This document shows positions 39,958 through 49,383 of a DNA stretch of 64,000 nt, one piece after another. Position numbers and translations under genes: made by a program. The DNA is taken from contig PS015010.1 of assembly GCA_048213135.1 (NCBI GenBank), positions 62,001-126,000 on the forward strand, given 5' to 3'. This DNA is from Reclinomonas americana ATCC 50394 (lineage: Eukaryota). Below the pieces are notes generated by a model. The model was not told the origin of the DNA and made no database searches. It saw only the letters and a program-made list of their open reading frames with translations. Positions within the stretch are counted from its first letter, which is position 1. Every line of letters begins with the position of its first letter.

Positions 39958-40689
39958 CTACCCGATAGTATTGAAACGTTGCTGTACAAAATCCCAGTTC
40001 ACCACGTTCCACCAGTTCTCAATATATTCCGGGCGCCTGTTCTGGTATTTGAGATAATAAGCGTGTTCCCACACATCAAGCCCCAGCAAAGGGGTTCCTT
40101 TGATATCGCTGATGTCCATCAGCGGGTTATCCTGGTTGGGAGAGGAGCCTATCTTCAGGGTCTTCTTATCGGCATACAACCATGCCCAGCCGCTGCCAAA
40201 ACGGTTCTTCGCCGCGTCGGTGAACTGCGCTTTGAAATTGTCGAAACTGCCAAAACTGCTTTCTATCTTTTTGAGCAGCGTGCCCGAAGGTTTGTTGCCT
40301 TCCTGTTTGGGACGCATGCATTGCCAGAACAATTCGTGGTTGTAATGACCGCCGGCGTTGTTGCGCATTTTGGCGGAGTATTTTGAAATACGGACAAGGA
40401 TCGATTCTACGGTTTCGGTATTGGCTACTTTTTCCGCGGCTGCGGCGTCTTTCAGGTTCTTGGAATAAGTGGCCGCATGTTTGGAGTAATGTATCTCCAT
40501 CGTTTTGGCATCGATAATGTTTTCCAGTGCATCATAGGCATACGGCAGCGGTTGCTGGTCGAAACCGGTAAGCGGCGAATGAGCCGGTGATGCAAACAGG
40601 CTGCCTGCGGCACTCATGCCCACACCTGCTGCAATGCCACCTTTTACCGACGTGGTGATGAATTTCCTGCGGTTGTATTTTGTTGCCAT
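39958..40689 (-). CDS. Fe/Mn superoxide dismutase (Mn-type signature) with Tat signal peptide
   Basis: NRRKFI twin-arginine; HYSKHA, NNAGGHYNH, GSGWAWL, NQD, DVWEHAYY. Confidence 0.94.
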   Translation of the reverse strand: MATKYNRRKFITTSVKGGIAAGVGMSAAGSLFASPAHSPLTGFDQQPLPYAYDALENIIDAKTMEIHYSKHAATYSKNLKDAAAAEKVANTETVESILVRISKYSAKMRNNAGGHYNHELFWQCMRPKQEGNKPSGTLLKKIESSFGSFDNFKAQFTDAAKNRFGSGWAWLYADKKTLKIGSSPNQDNPLMDISDIKGTPLLGLDVWEHAYYLKYQNRRPEYIENWWNVVNWDFVQQRFNTIG

Positions 40690-40703
40690 AATCGTATATT
40701 TTA

Positions 40704-42143
40704 TCAGGCAGTAGCTGCCTTGTTTTTCTTACCCAATTTACTGAATAAAGGGCGTATTTTTTTGAAGAGACGGTAATAAAATTCCTTATTGAAGAGTTGT
40801 GAATCGTGCATGGCTTTGTAGGTGAAGAAAGCACCTACCGGTGTCAGAACGATCACGGCCAGCCACATACCCATAACCGGGCTCATGATACCCTCTTTCA
40901 CGAACTTTTCCCCGAACATGTTCAGCAGGTGAAAGATGAGGAAGAAAACGATGGCTACCACCAGCGGCATACCCAATCCGCCTTTACGGATAATAGAGCC
41001 CAGCGGCGCACCAATGAAAAACAATACGATACAAGCCAGTGACAGGGAAAATTTCCGGTGCCATTCGATCTTGTGGAAGCGGACATCCTTGGCCCTGTTG
41101 TCGGCATCGGTGGCGGAATTCTGCGCTATGGATTTCAGCACATTGGCGGTGGAAAGCGCCGATTCGCTTACACGAAAGGCAGCAGAGTCGGGGATGAGTT
41201 TACCGCCGCGTGCCGTGTCGGCCTGTGCATACTTCCACACACTGTCACTGTATTTCATGGCGGGCACATAAGCAGTGAACTCACGCTGGGTTTTCCTGCT
41301 AAAAGAGTCCTCCAGTTTTTCCACTTCGGCCAGGTGCCTGTCGAGTTGCGAGATGTTCAGCATCCTCACATTATTGCGGTAAACAGAATCGCTGGTGGTC
41401 TGTTTCTGCAGCGTGCTGATGTCGAATAATTTTTTAAAACTCTTGAACCCCACCCGTATAAATTCTGTCGCGGTATCGCCGTAGTTGCCACTTTCCTGGT
41501 AGCGGAAACCATTCTCGAGGTTGAACTCCAGGAAACGCTGGTCGGGAGATATTTTCATTACACCTTTCTGGGCAATGATGCTGTTGTCCTGCAATGCATT
41601 GCCCTGCTCGTAAATGAGTACGTTGTGTATCGTTTGCCCGTCGCGGTCCTTTTTGCCCACTTTAATGGCATACCCGGGAATATGGGTGTAGAATACGCCT
41701 TCCCGCAGATCGAGTGCCGGCTTCTTGTATAAGATATCGTTATAGAGCGCTACCGATTTGAGCTGGGCATAAGGAATAACATAGTTGGCAAAAAGAAAAG
41801 TGATACCGCTCAGCAATATCGACACCCACATAAGCGGGCGCATGAAACGCAGCAATGATATGCCGGAAGATTTAATGGCCACCAGTTCAAAACTTTCGCC
41901 CAGGTTGCCAAATGTCATGATGGATGAAATAAGGATGGCGATGGGCATGGCCAGGATGAGCAGGGTGGCGCTCATGTAAAAAAGAAAAAGACCAATAGTG
42001 CCGAAATCAAGTCCCTTACCCACCAGGTCATCAATGTATTTCCATACCGTTTGCATGAGCAGCACAAAGAGTGCGATGAAGAACGTTACGATGAACGGCC
42101 CGATAAAAGACTTCAGGATGAGGAGGTCTAATTTTTTGAACAT
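40704..42143 (-). CDS. LptF/LptG family permease
   Basis: MFKKLDLLILKSFIGPF, FGNLGESFELVAIKSSGISL, GAPLGSIIRKGG. Confidence 0.92.
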   Translation of the reverse strand: MFKKLDLLILKSFIGPFIVTFFIALFVLLMQTVWKYIDDLVGKGLDFGTIGLFLFYMSATLLILAMPIAILISSIMTFGNLGESFELVAIKSSGISLLRFMRPLMWVSILLSGITFLFANYVIPYAQLKSVALYNDILYKKPALDLREGVFYTHIPGYAIKVGKKDRDGQTIHNVLIYEQGNALQDNSIIAQKGVMKISPDQRFLEFNLENGFRYQESGNYGDTATEFIRVGFKSFKKLFDISTLQKQTTSDSVYRNNVRMLNISQLDRHLAEVEKLEDSFSRKTQREFTAYVPAMKYSDSVWKYAQADTARGGKLIPDSAAFRVSESALSTANVLKSIAQNSATDADNRAKDVRFHKIEWHRKFSLSLACIVLFFIGAPLGSIIRKGGLGMPLVVAIVFFLIFHLLNMFGEKFVKEGIMSPVMGMWLAVIVLTPVGAFFTYKAMHDSQLFNKEFYYRLFKKIRPLFSKLGKKNKAATA

Positions 42144-42187
42144 GACTGGCAAACCGGTGAACCGTATATTATTTGTAACTTGATCTT

Positions 42188-42805
42188 ATGACGCCCGGTA
42201 CAACAAATTTAGCGCTTTCCGGTGAGGAACTTCAACTGGTAAACAATACTGCCTGGATTTTAACGAAACGGAAGGTGATGGACAAAGCTATAGCCCTACT
42301 GGGTAACCTGTCGCAACAACTGCAGGAACTCGTTAAAAAAGAAGCCGGTTCACTGGCTGCTGAGATCGTGGCATCGCAACCCAAAATTTCGAAAGGAGAG
42401 AACTACCAGGGATTGCCGTATGCAGTACTCGATTACCCGCGTCATTTTGTAAAAGAGGATATACTGGCCATACGCACTTTATTCTGGTGGGGGAATTTCT
42501 TCAGTGTAACCCTGCATATCAGCGGTGTTTTCAAACAACGTTACTGGCAACAGCTGCTCAATAATTTACTGGAAGAGGGTGATGGGGACATTCATCTTTT
42601 TACCGGCACCGATCCGTGGCAGCATCATTTTGGTGAAGACAATTATACGCCGGTTATACAAATGGATTCGGAACAGGTACGCAGACTTGTGGAGGCCGGT
42701 CCGTTCATCAAACTGGCATGCCGCTACCCGCTGGACGAATGGGAACATATTCCTACAAGGGTGCTGGACCAGTCGGCCCGTTGGCTTCGTTTGTTATCGG
42801 TTTAA
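42188..42805 (+). CDS. Hypothetical protein
   Basis: 205 aa ORF filling the gap; KISKGENYQGLPYAVLDYPR; overlaps the next gene by 4 bp. Confidence 0.75.
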   Translation: MTPGTTNLALSGEELQLVNNTAWILTKRKVMDKAIALLGNLSQQLQELVKKEAGSLAAEIVASQPKISKGENYQGLPYAVLDYPRHFVKEDILAIRTLFWWGNFFSVTLHISGVFKQRYWQQLLNNLLEEGDGDIHLFTGTDPWQHHFGEDNYTPVIQMDSEQVRRLVEAGPFIKLACRYPLDEWEHIPTRVLDQSARWLRLLSV

Positions 42806-43182
42806 CTGCCGAGACGGTGGAAGAGGTCCTTCAATTGTGACTCCCAGAGAAGGGTTTGGTCTTTGATCTCTTTTTTATCGGCGAAATCCTTAACTACCAG
42901 GATGGTTTGATTGGTAATATCTGATTTATCGATCCTCAGTTCAAAGAATTCATCCTTTTGCTGGTACATCCACCTGAAACGTACGAATTTATCCTCCTCA
43001 CTGTCTACTAATTCCGCTTTTTCATCCGATCCATTCCAGGAAAAACTGAACATACCATCCCGTTCATCCACCTTTTCAGCAAACCACTCCTGTAATCCGG
43101 CCGGGGTCCTTAAAAACTCGTATAAAATGCCAGGAGAGCACCTGACAGGGTATTCCAACGTAAATAAAACTTTCTTACTCAT
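42802..43182 (-). CDS. START-like domain protein
   Basis: LYEFLRTPAGLQEWFAEKVD...FSFSWNG...VRFRW pattern. Confidence 0.85.
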   Translation of the reverse strand: MSKKVLFTLEYPVRCSPGILYEFLRTPAGLQEWFAEKVDERDGMFSFSWNGSDEKAELVDSEEDKFVRFRWMYQQKDEFFELRIDKSDITNQTILVVKDFADKKEIKDQTLLWESQLKDLFHRLGS

Positions 43183-43449
43183 TCTGTGTATTTGTAAATC
43201 CTTGATTCTTGCAATAATAACAAAATAAACTGCTTGTCAAAATAAATAGTGAATTATTTTTGTTTAATATATATATTAAAAATCATAAACAATTTTATTT
43301 TAAATAACCTGAAACCCAGTGTTTTAGAAAAATATTTTTTGGTAACATATAGTAAATAACTTAAATTACGTTAGTAATAAAGCGGTTTTTTAACAAAATG
43401 TTAACCGTTTGCCTGTTTTTCCTAAAACTTAACCAAACCAACTAGGCTT

Positions 43450-44325
43450 ATGAGTATGCGTCAGCTAAAGATCACTAAGTCGATTACCAACAGGGAGAGT
43501 CAGAGCCTGGAGAAATACCTCCAGGAGATTGGGAAAGTAGAATTGATCAATCCTGAAGAAGAGGTCAAACTGGCCATCAGGATCAAACAAGGCGACCAGG
43601 CCGCATTGGAAAAACTAACCAAAGCCAATCTTCGTTTCGTAGTTTCCGTAGCCAAACAATACCAGAACCAGGGGCTTACCCTCCCGGATCTTATCAATGA
43701 AGGCAACCTGGGTCTTATCAAAGCAGCACAGCGTTTTGATGAAACACGCGGTTTCAAATTCATTTCCTACGCTGTATGGTGGATCCGCCAGAGCATCTTG
43801 CAGGCACTGGCCGAACAATCCAGGATCGTAAGGCTGCCCCTCAACAAAGTAGGGCTCACCAACCGCATCAGCAAAGCCTTTTCTCAGCTGGAACAGGAGT
43901 ATGAAAGGGAGCCAACACCGGAAGAACTGGCCTTTATGCTGGATATGGATGCCGATGAGATCGCCGCCACGCTTGGCGTTGCCGCCCGCCATGTGAGTAT
44001 GGACCAGCCTTTGTCTGACGGAGAGGAAAGTACCCTCATCGATGTACTCGTCAACCACAACGCGGTAAGTACCGATAACGAACTTGCCTTTAAAGCTTCA
44101 CTCAAAACCGAAATAGACCGCTCACTCAGCACCCTTACCGAAAGACAAAAGGATGTCATCCGCTTTTTCTTTGGTATTGGGGTAGATCATGCGCTCAGCC
44201 TGGAAGACATCGGCGAACATTTCAACCTCACCCGTGAAAGGGTGCGCCAGATCAAGGATAAAGCCATTACCAAGCTGCGTACAGCTTCCCGCTGTAAACT
44301 GCTGAGGGCTTACCTGGGTACCTAG
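43450..44325 (+). CDS. rpoD: RNA polymerase sigma factor, RpoD/SigA family (Bacteroidota type lacking region 1.1)
   Basis: [53 protein letters not shown]. Confidence 0.92.
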   Translation: MSMRQLKITKSITNRESQSLEKYLQEIGKVELINPEEEVKLAIRIKQGDQAALEKLTKANLRFVVSVAKQYQNQGLTLPDLINEGNLGLIKAAQRFDETRGFKFISYAVWWIRQSILQALAEQSRIVRLPLNKVGLTNRISKAFSQLEQEYEREPTPEELAFMLDMDADEIAATLGVAARHVSMDQPLSDGEESTLIDVLVNHNAVSTDNELAFKASLKTEIDRSLSTLTERQKDVIRFFFGIGVDHALSLEDIGEHFNLTRERVRQIKDKAITKLRTASRCKLLRAYLGT

Positions 44326-44327
44326 CG

Positions 44328-44422
44328 TATCCCGCACCCCGCATCTGGCATCGGCCATTCCGTATCCGGCATCCGGCATCCGGCATTCATACATCCGCAT
44401 ATCCGCACATCCCCACACCCAT
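44328..44422. repeat. ATCCGGC heptamer array followed by ATCCGCAC octamer array
   Basis: ATCCGGC x3 with degenerate neighbours, then ATCCGCAT ATCCGCAC ATCCCCAC. Confidence 0.8.
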
Positions 44423-44490
44423 CAATTATTTTCACATTGGCGGAATCCCCTTTTTTTCCGAAATTTGCAAAACGCTAAAAATCAAGATAG

Positions 44491-45717
44491 ATGGCAATTG
44501 AAATCAAAGTTCCTACAGTAGGCGAAAGCATCAGCGAAGTGACCCTCGTAAAATGGCTGAAGAAAGACGGCGAATGGGCTAACCGTGATGAAGTGATCGC
44601 AGAACTGGAAAGCGAAAAAGCCACTTTCGAGATTAATGCCGAACAGGCTGGCGTTATTAAGATCGTTGCCCAGGAAGGCGACACCCTCAAAATAGGCGAT
44701 GTGGTTTGCTCCATCGATACCGATGCCCCGCAACCCGAAGGCACCGCGCCGGCAGCCCCGGCGGTTAAAGCCGCTGAACCTGTTGCCCAGCCCGCCAAAG
44801 AAGCCGCTGCAACCCCGGCTCCCGCACAAAGCGATGTAAAAGCTACTCCTGTTGCCGCAGCCATCATAGCCGATAAAAAAGTAGACGTAAAATCTGTAAG
44901 CCCAACCGGCAGCAATGGTAAAATACTGAAACAGGATGTGCTGGAAGCGCTGAACAATCCCGGCCGCAAACCCGGTACCACTGCATTCAGCAGGAACGAC
45001 CGTCCTGAAAAAATGAGCAACCTGCGCAAGACCATCAGCCGCAGGCTCGTGGAAGCGAAGAACACCACCGCCATGCTCACCACTTTCAACGAAGTGGATA
45101 TGGGCCCCATCATGGAGCTTCGCAAGCAGCATAAAGACAAATTCAAGGAAATACACGGGGTTAACCTCGGCTTCATGAGCTTCTTCACCAAGGCCTGCTG
45201 CTACGCGTTGCAGGAGTTCCCTGCGGTGAACGCTTACCTCGACGGAGAACATATTATTTACCACGATTATTGTGATGTATCCATTGCCGTTAGTGCGCCA
45301 AAAGGACTGGTAGTGCCGGTAATCCGCAACGCGGAAAGCCTGAGCATGGCCGGTATTGAAGCCGCCGTGGTAGACCTGGCCACCAAAGCCAAGAACAACA
45401 AACTGACCGTGGAAGAAATGACCGGCGGCACTTTCACCATCACCAATGGTGGTATTTTCGGCTCTATGATGAGCACGCCGATCATCAACATCCCGCAGAG
45501 CGCCATCCTGGGTATGCACAACATCGTGGAACGTCCAATGGCGGTAAACGGACAGGTGGTTATCAAACCCATGATGTACGTTGCCCTCAGCTATGATCAC
45601 CGCATCATCGACGGCCGCGAATCCGTAGGCTTCCTGGTAAGGGTGAAACAATTGCTGGAGAACCCATCCCTGCTGCTTTTCGGACAAGATCCGGTTAAGA
45701 CTCTTTTAGAAATATAA
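44491..45717 (+). CDS. sucB: 2-oxoglutarate dehydrogenase E2 (dihydrolipoamide succinyltransferase)
   Basis: Lipoyl domain ESEKAT, E3-binding domain, [22 protein letters not shown]. Confidence 0.96.
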   Translation: MAIEIKVPTVGESISEVTLVKWLKKDGEWANRDEVIAELESEKATFEINAEQAGVIKIVAQEGDTLKIGDVVCSIDTDAPQPEGTAPAAPAVKAAEPVAQPAKEAAATPAPAQSDVKATPVAAAIIADKKVDVKSVSPTGSNGKILKQDVLEALNNPGRKPGTTAFSRNDRPEKMSNLRKTISRRLVEAKNTTAMLTTFNEVDMGPIMELRKQHKDKFKEIHGVNLGFMSFFTKACCYALQEFPAVNAYLDGEHIIYHDYCDVSIAVSAPKGLVVPVIRNAESLSMAGIEAAVVDLATKAKNNKLTVEEMTGGTFTITNGGIFGSMMSTPIINIPQSAILGMHNIVERPMAVNGQVVIKPMMYVALSYDHRIIDGRESVGFLVRVKQLLENPSLLLFGQDPVKTLLEI

Positions 45718-45820
45718 TTGATAATTACTAATTACCAATTACTAATTACTGGTAGTATTTGATCAAAGAGCAGTGAAGCCAAGATTGCTTTCGTAATTGG
45801 TAATTCATAATTAGTAATTA
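45716..45820. repeat. Inverted pair of TAATTAC heptamer arrays with a short spacer
   Basis: TAATTAC TAATTAC CAATTAC TAATTAC ... GTAATTG GTAATTC ATAATTA GTAATTA. Confidence 0.8.
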
Positions 45821-45825
45821 ATGGC

Positions 45826-47001
45826 ATGCGTTTCCACTCTCACCTCCATACCGCCGTTTCCATCGTCGAAAAATATAAAGGACAGGAACCAATGGCGGCT
45901 TTCCTGAAAAAGTTTTTTGCCGCGGATAAGAAATATGGCTCCGGCGACAGGAAGAGTATTGCCGCCCTCTGCTACGCTTATTACCGGCTGGGAAAAATAA
46001 CTACGAACGACTCAACAGAAGAAAGGATCATCAAAGCCGTTTTTCTCTGCAACAATAAACCAGCAGCTTTTCTTGATACCCTGCGTCCCGGTTGGAATGA
46101 CCATATTCACCTGCCCGTAAAAGAGAAATGGATTTTCTGTGAGATGGACGCCAATATTGCTGCCATCTTTCCCTGGGCCGATGAACTAAGCAATGGTATT
46201 GATGCGGGTTTATTCAATCTGTCTTTCCTGCAGCAACCCGACTTGTTCCTGAGAATAAGACCCGGAGGAAAAAACAAGGTGGAAGAAAAACTGTCTGCTT
46301 CGGGTATCACTTACCAACGTATAAATAATAAAGCCCTGGCGCTGCCCAACTCCTCAAAAGTAGACGCCATATTGAACCTTAATAAAGATGCCGTGGTGCA
46401 GGACCTGAATTCGCAGGCTGTGCTGGGCCAGCTGCTGCTTCATACAGGAGAACTTCCGTCACCGGTACGTACCTGGGATTGCTGCGCCGCCAGCGGTGGA
46501 AAATCCATACTCCTGCATGATGTACTCGCACAAAAAATAAACCTCTCCGTTTCCGATATCAGGCAAAGCATACTGGCTAACCTCACCAGTCGTTTTACAA
46601 GCGCAGGTATCCGCAACTACCGTTCCTTTACCGCCGATCTTACCGATAAAAGTGATATGCCGCAGGGCGAAAAATACGACCTCATCATCTGCGACGCTCC
46701 CTGCACCGGCAGTGGTACCTGGGCACGTACACCCGAGCAGTTGTATTTTTTTGACCCTGTTACCACAGATGATTTTTCTGCATTACAAAGGCGTATATCC
46801 GGTAACGTTATCTCCTGTCTTTCCGCAGGTGGATTCCTGGTGTACATTACCTGTTCCGCTTTCCGGGCAGAGAATGAAGAAGTAGTAACTGCGATACTCG
46901 CTGCTGATGCTTCGCTGGAACTGCTCGATAGCCGCGTTTTGCCGGGCTATACACAACAGGCAGATACCATGTTCACCGCCCTGTTTAAAAAGAAAGGCTG
47001 A
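45826..47001 (+). CDS. RsmB/NOP (Fmu/Sun) family RNA m5C methyltransferase
   Basis: VQDLNSQ, DCCAASGGKS, DAPCTGSG, YITCS. Confidence 0.9.
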   Translation: MRFHSHLHTAVSIVEKYKGQEPMAAFLKKFFAADKKYGSGDRKSIAALCYAYYRLGKITTNDSTEERIIKAVFLCNNKPAAFLDTLRPGWNDHIHLPVKEKWIFCEMDANIAAIFPWADELSNGIDAGLFNLSFLQQPDLFLRIRPGGKNKVEEKLSASGITYQRINNKALALPNSSKVDAILNLNKDAVVQDLNSQAVLGQLLLHTGELPSPVRTWDCCAASGGKSILLHDVLAQKINLSVSDIRQSILANLTSRFTSAGIRNYRSFTADLTDKSDMPQGEKYDLIICDAPCTGSGTWARTPEQLYFFDPVTTDDFSALQRRISGNVISCLSAGGFLVYITCSAFRAENEEVVTAILAADASLELLDSRVLPGYTQQADTMFTALFKKKG

Positions 47002-47040
47002 AACAAAGTCCCAGCCTCCTGAAAAATATAAAACACAGGT

Positions 47041-49239
47041 TTATTGCCTGATGATCTTCTTCGTTACTTCTTTTTTATCATTAACCCTTACGGTAACATA
47101 ATACACGCCGCTGGCCATAGACTTCATGGGAATGATATGCAGTTGTCCGCCTGCCGGCTGCTGCTCACTTTTGCTGTACACCCGCTGACCGGCGGCATTC
47201 ACCACAACAATGGATATGAATACCGAAGAGGTGCGTACAATTTCCACCCTCAGTTTATCCGTTACCGGGTTAGGGGCGATCACGATCTTTTCTGTTATCA
47301 CCGGTGGCACAAATGTGCAGGGCGGTTGTATCAGGGTAAGGTTAACAACGGCCGTATCGGCACAGCCTTGTGTGCTGGTAGCGATCAGCTGGTAATTACC
47401 CGCAGCCATTACAGCGGAGGGAACAGGCACCGGGTTATTGTTCAGTGTCCAGGCGGCGGTAAGTCCTGCTGTGTTGTATTGCGCAGTAAGATCAAAAGGA
47501 GTTGTGGCACAGGTGCTGGCGGTTTTGTCGGCACCAAGCGAAGGCCTGCCTGCAAAATTAACGATGAGCGAATCCAGGTAGAAACTGGTATCCGTTGCAA
47601 TGTCCATCCTCAGGCGATAGCGAATAGTACCTGCAGCCCTGTTGCCCAGTTCATCGGTATAATTAAAATTATTCAGCGCAAAGCCGCCTGTTGAAATGAA
47701 CGAAGCTGCATCGCTGTAACCGGCATCATTGGGCAGTTTCCTTTCCACGATCACTTTAATAGCGGAATCGGTTTTTACATTCCATTGCAGGTTAGCGCGG
47801 CAATTGGTTTGTGTAAAGTTTTTGGTGAACAGTTTTCTTACCAGTACCACAAATGCTTTTTTCATATTGGGAATACCGTATCCCACACGGTCGTCGGGGT
47901 TGGCACTGCGGGTAGCATTCTGTTGCAGGGTATTCAGAATGGTCATGTTGTTCACTTCGGGGAAGGCCTGCCATAAGCAGGTGATCATGCCCGACATATT
48001 CGGACAGGCATACGAAGTGCCATTACCCAGTGTGGGTTGCCCGTTGCTGTTGTTGGCGATAACGGCGCCTACACCCACCGCTGCCAGGTCGGGTTTTACC
48101 TGCCCGTCGCTGCTGGGGCCATAACTGCTGAAGCTGCCTACAAAACCGGAAGTGTTTACAGCGCCTACAGCCAGTACACTGTCGCCATCGGCAGGGGAAA
48201 TGATCCAATGCCAGGAGCTGGTGCCTTCATTGCCTGCGGCCACGCTGATGAGCATACCTTTTTTGGCCGCCATATCAGCGGCTTTGGCAATGATGGTGGT
48301 ATTGCCGTTAAGGTCGGCATAAGTATGGTTTAGACTGGGATTATCAAAAGTCATGTAGCCCAACGATACCGAACAAACATCAACACCCAGGCTGTCGGCC
48401 CTTTCCGCCGCCGCCGCCCAGTTCTGTTCCTCAATGGGGTATTCGGAACCCACGTCTTCGGTGCGGTAGAGGTAGAAAGAAGTTTTGGGCGCCGTACCTA
48501 TAAAAGTGCCGGGCATATTGGCGGCAATAATGCTGAAACAGTTTTTGCCGTGAGAATCATCTTCATCCACACTGGCATTATTGGCTACAAAATCCCAGGT
48601 GCCCAGTATCTGCCCGTTGTTGCGCACACTGTCAAAGGTGGGGAGTGTGAGATAATGAAAGAACCCGGCATCCATAATGGCCATGTGCATACCCTGTCCG
48701 CGAAAACCCCTGTTGTGCAAAAAGTCAGCATTGTTCAGGTGCACCTGGTCGTAGGAAACGCCATAATCGTAATAATTTCCGGCAACAATGGAAGCGGGAG
48801 GGGGCAGTGGCAACTGGTCGCCGGGTGCAAGCGGAGCATCCAATGTTTTATTTACCGGTGTTTCCTGTTCACGGGCGGCCAGCGGACTGGTACCGATTAC
48901 AAAAGGAAAACCATTGATCTTGGTCAATGCAGCGGCATCGGTGGTTTGTATGGCCACCTGGTTCAGCCATTTCGACACATTGAGTATGGTAACAGCACCG
49001 GCCAGGCGGAGACTGTCGATATATCGCGGTGTTATGGGAAGATCGGCAGAGTCGATGGGAATGCTGTATCGTGTCCTCCTGGCAATGGCCCTCGCGGAAA
49101 GGTATTGCTGCGGGTTGGTAAAGCTGTAAGGGTTGGTGCCCTTGTCCCTTAACCGTACAATATAGCGGGAGAACTGCGCCTGTCCTTCTTCGGCAATAAA
49201 CGACAGGGTGAGCAGCAGGAGGATAAAAGGTTTTCTCAT
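47041..49239 (-). CDS. S8 subtilisin-like peptidase with T9SS type A C-terminal domain
   Basis: MDAGF (Asp), SHG (His), AAGNEG, GTSYACP (Ser); C-terminal APNPVTD...GVYYV...KKII; start may be up to 21 nt further upstream. Confidence 0.92.
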   Translation of the reverse strand: MRKPFILLLLTLSFIAEEGQAQFSRYIVRLRDKGTNPYSFTNPQQYLSARAIARRTRYSIPIDSADLPITPRYIDSLRLAGAVTILNVSKWLNQVAIQTTDAAALTKINGFPFVIGTSPLAAREQETPVNKTLDAPLAPGDQLPLPPPASIVAGNYYDYGVSYDQVHLNNADFLHNRGFRGQGMHMAIMDAGFFHYLTLPTFDSVRNNGQILGTWDFVANNASVDEDDSHGKNCFSIIAANMPGTFIGTAPKTSFYLYRTEDVGSEYPIEEQNWAAAAERADSLGVDVCSVSLGYMTFDNPSLNHTYADLNGNTTIIAKAADMAAKKGMLISVAAGNEGTSSWHWIISPADGDSVLAVGAVNTSGFVGSFSSYGPSSDGQVKPDLAAVGVGAVIANNSNGQPTLGNGTSYACPNMSGMITCLWQAFPEVNNMTILNTLQQNATRSANPDDRVGYGIPNMKKAFVVLVRKLFTKNFTQTNCRANLQWNVKTDSAIKVIVERKLPNDAGYSDAASFISTGGFALNNFNYTDELGNRAAGTIRYRLRMDIATDTSFYLDSLIVNFAGRPSLGADKTASTCATTPFDLTAQYNTAGLTAAWTLNNNPVPVPSAVMAAGNYQLIATSTQGCADTAVVNLTLIQPPCTFVPPVITEKIVIAPNPVTDKLRVEIVRTSSVFISIVVVNAAGQRVYSKSEQQPAGGQLHIIPMKSMASGVYYVTVRVNDKKEVTKKIIRQ

Positions 49240-49383
49240 TGTAAGTTTCTTGTTCATCAAATGTAAGAAATTAGTGCTTTGTACCGGTAAAAGGGCTGTT
49301 CACCTGCTTTAACAGCCTGTTCACGTATCACATTTCACGGGCAGGGTAAGAGCGGCTATTTTTATCCTGTTAAAACAAAACCT

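Noticed and set aside
44482-45687. 401-aa ORF on - strand
   Set aside because: Antisense shadow of sucB. The same applies to long antisense ORFs over ftsK, lysA, mrp, mlaF, sprA and the A2Ms.
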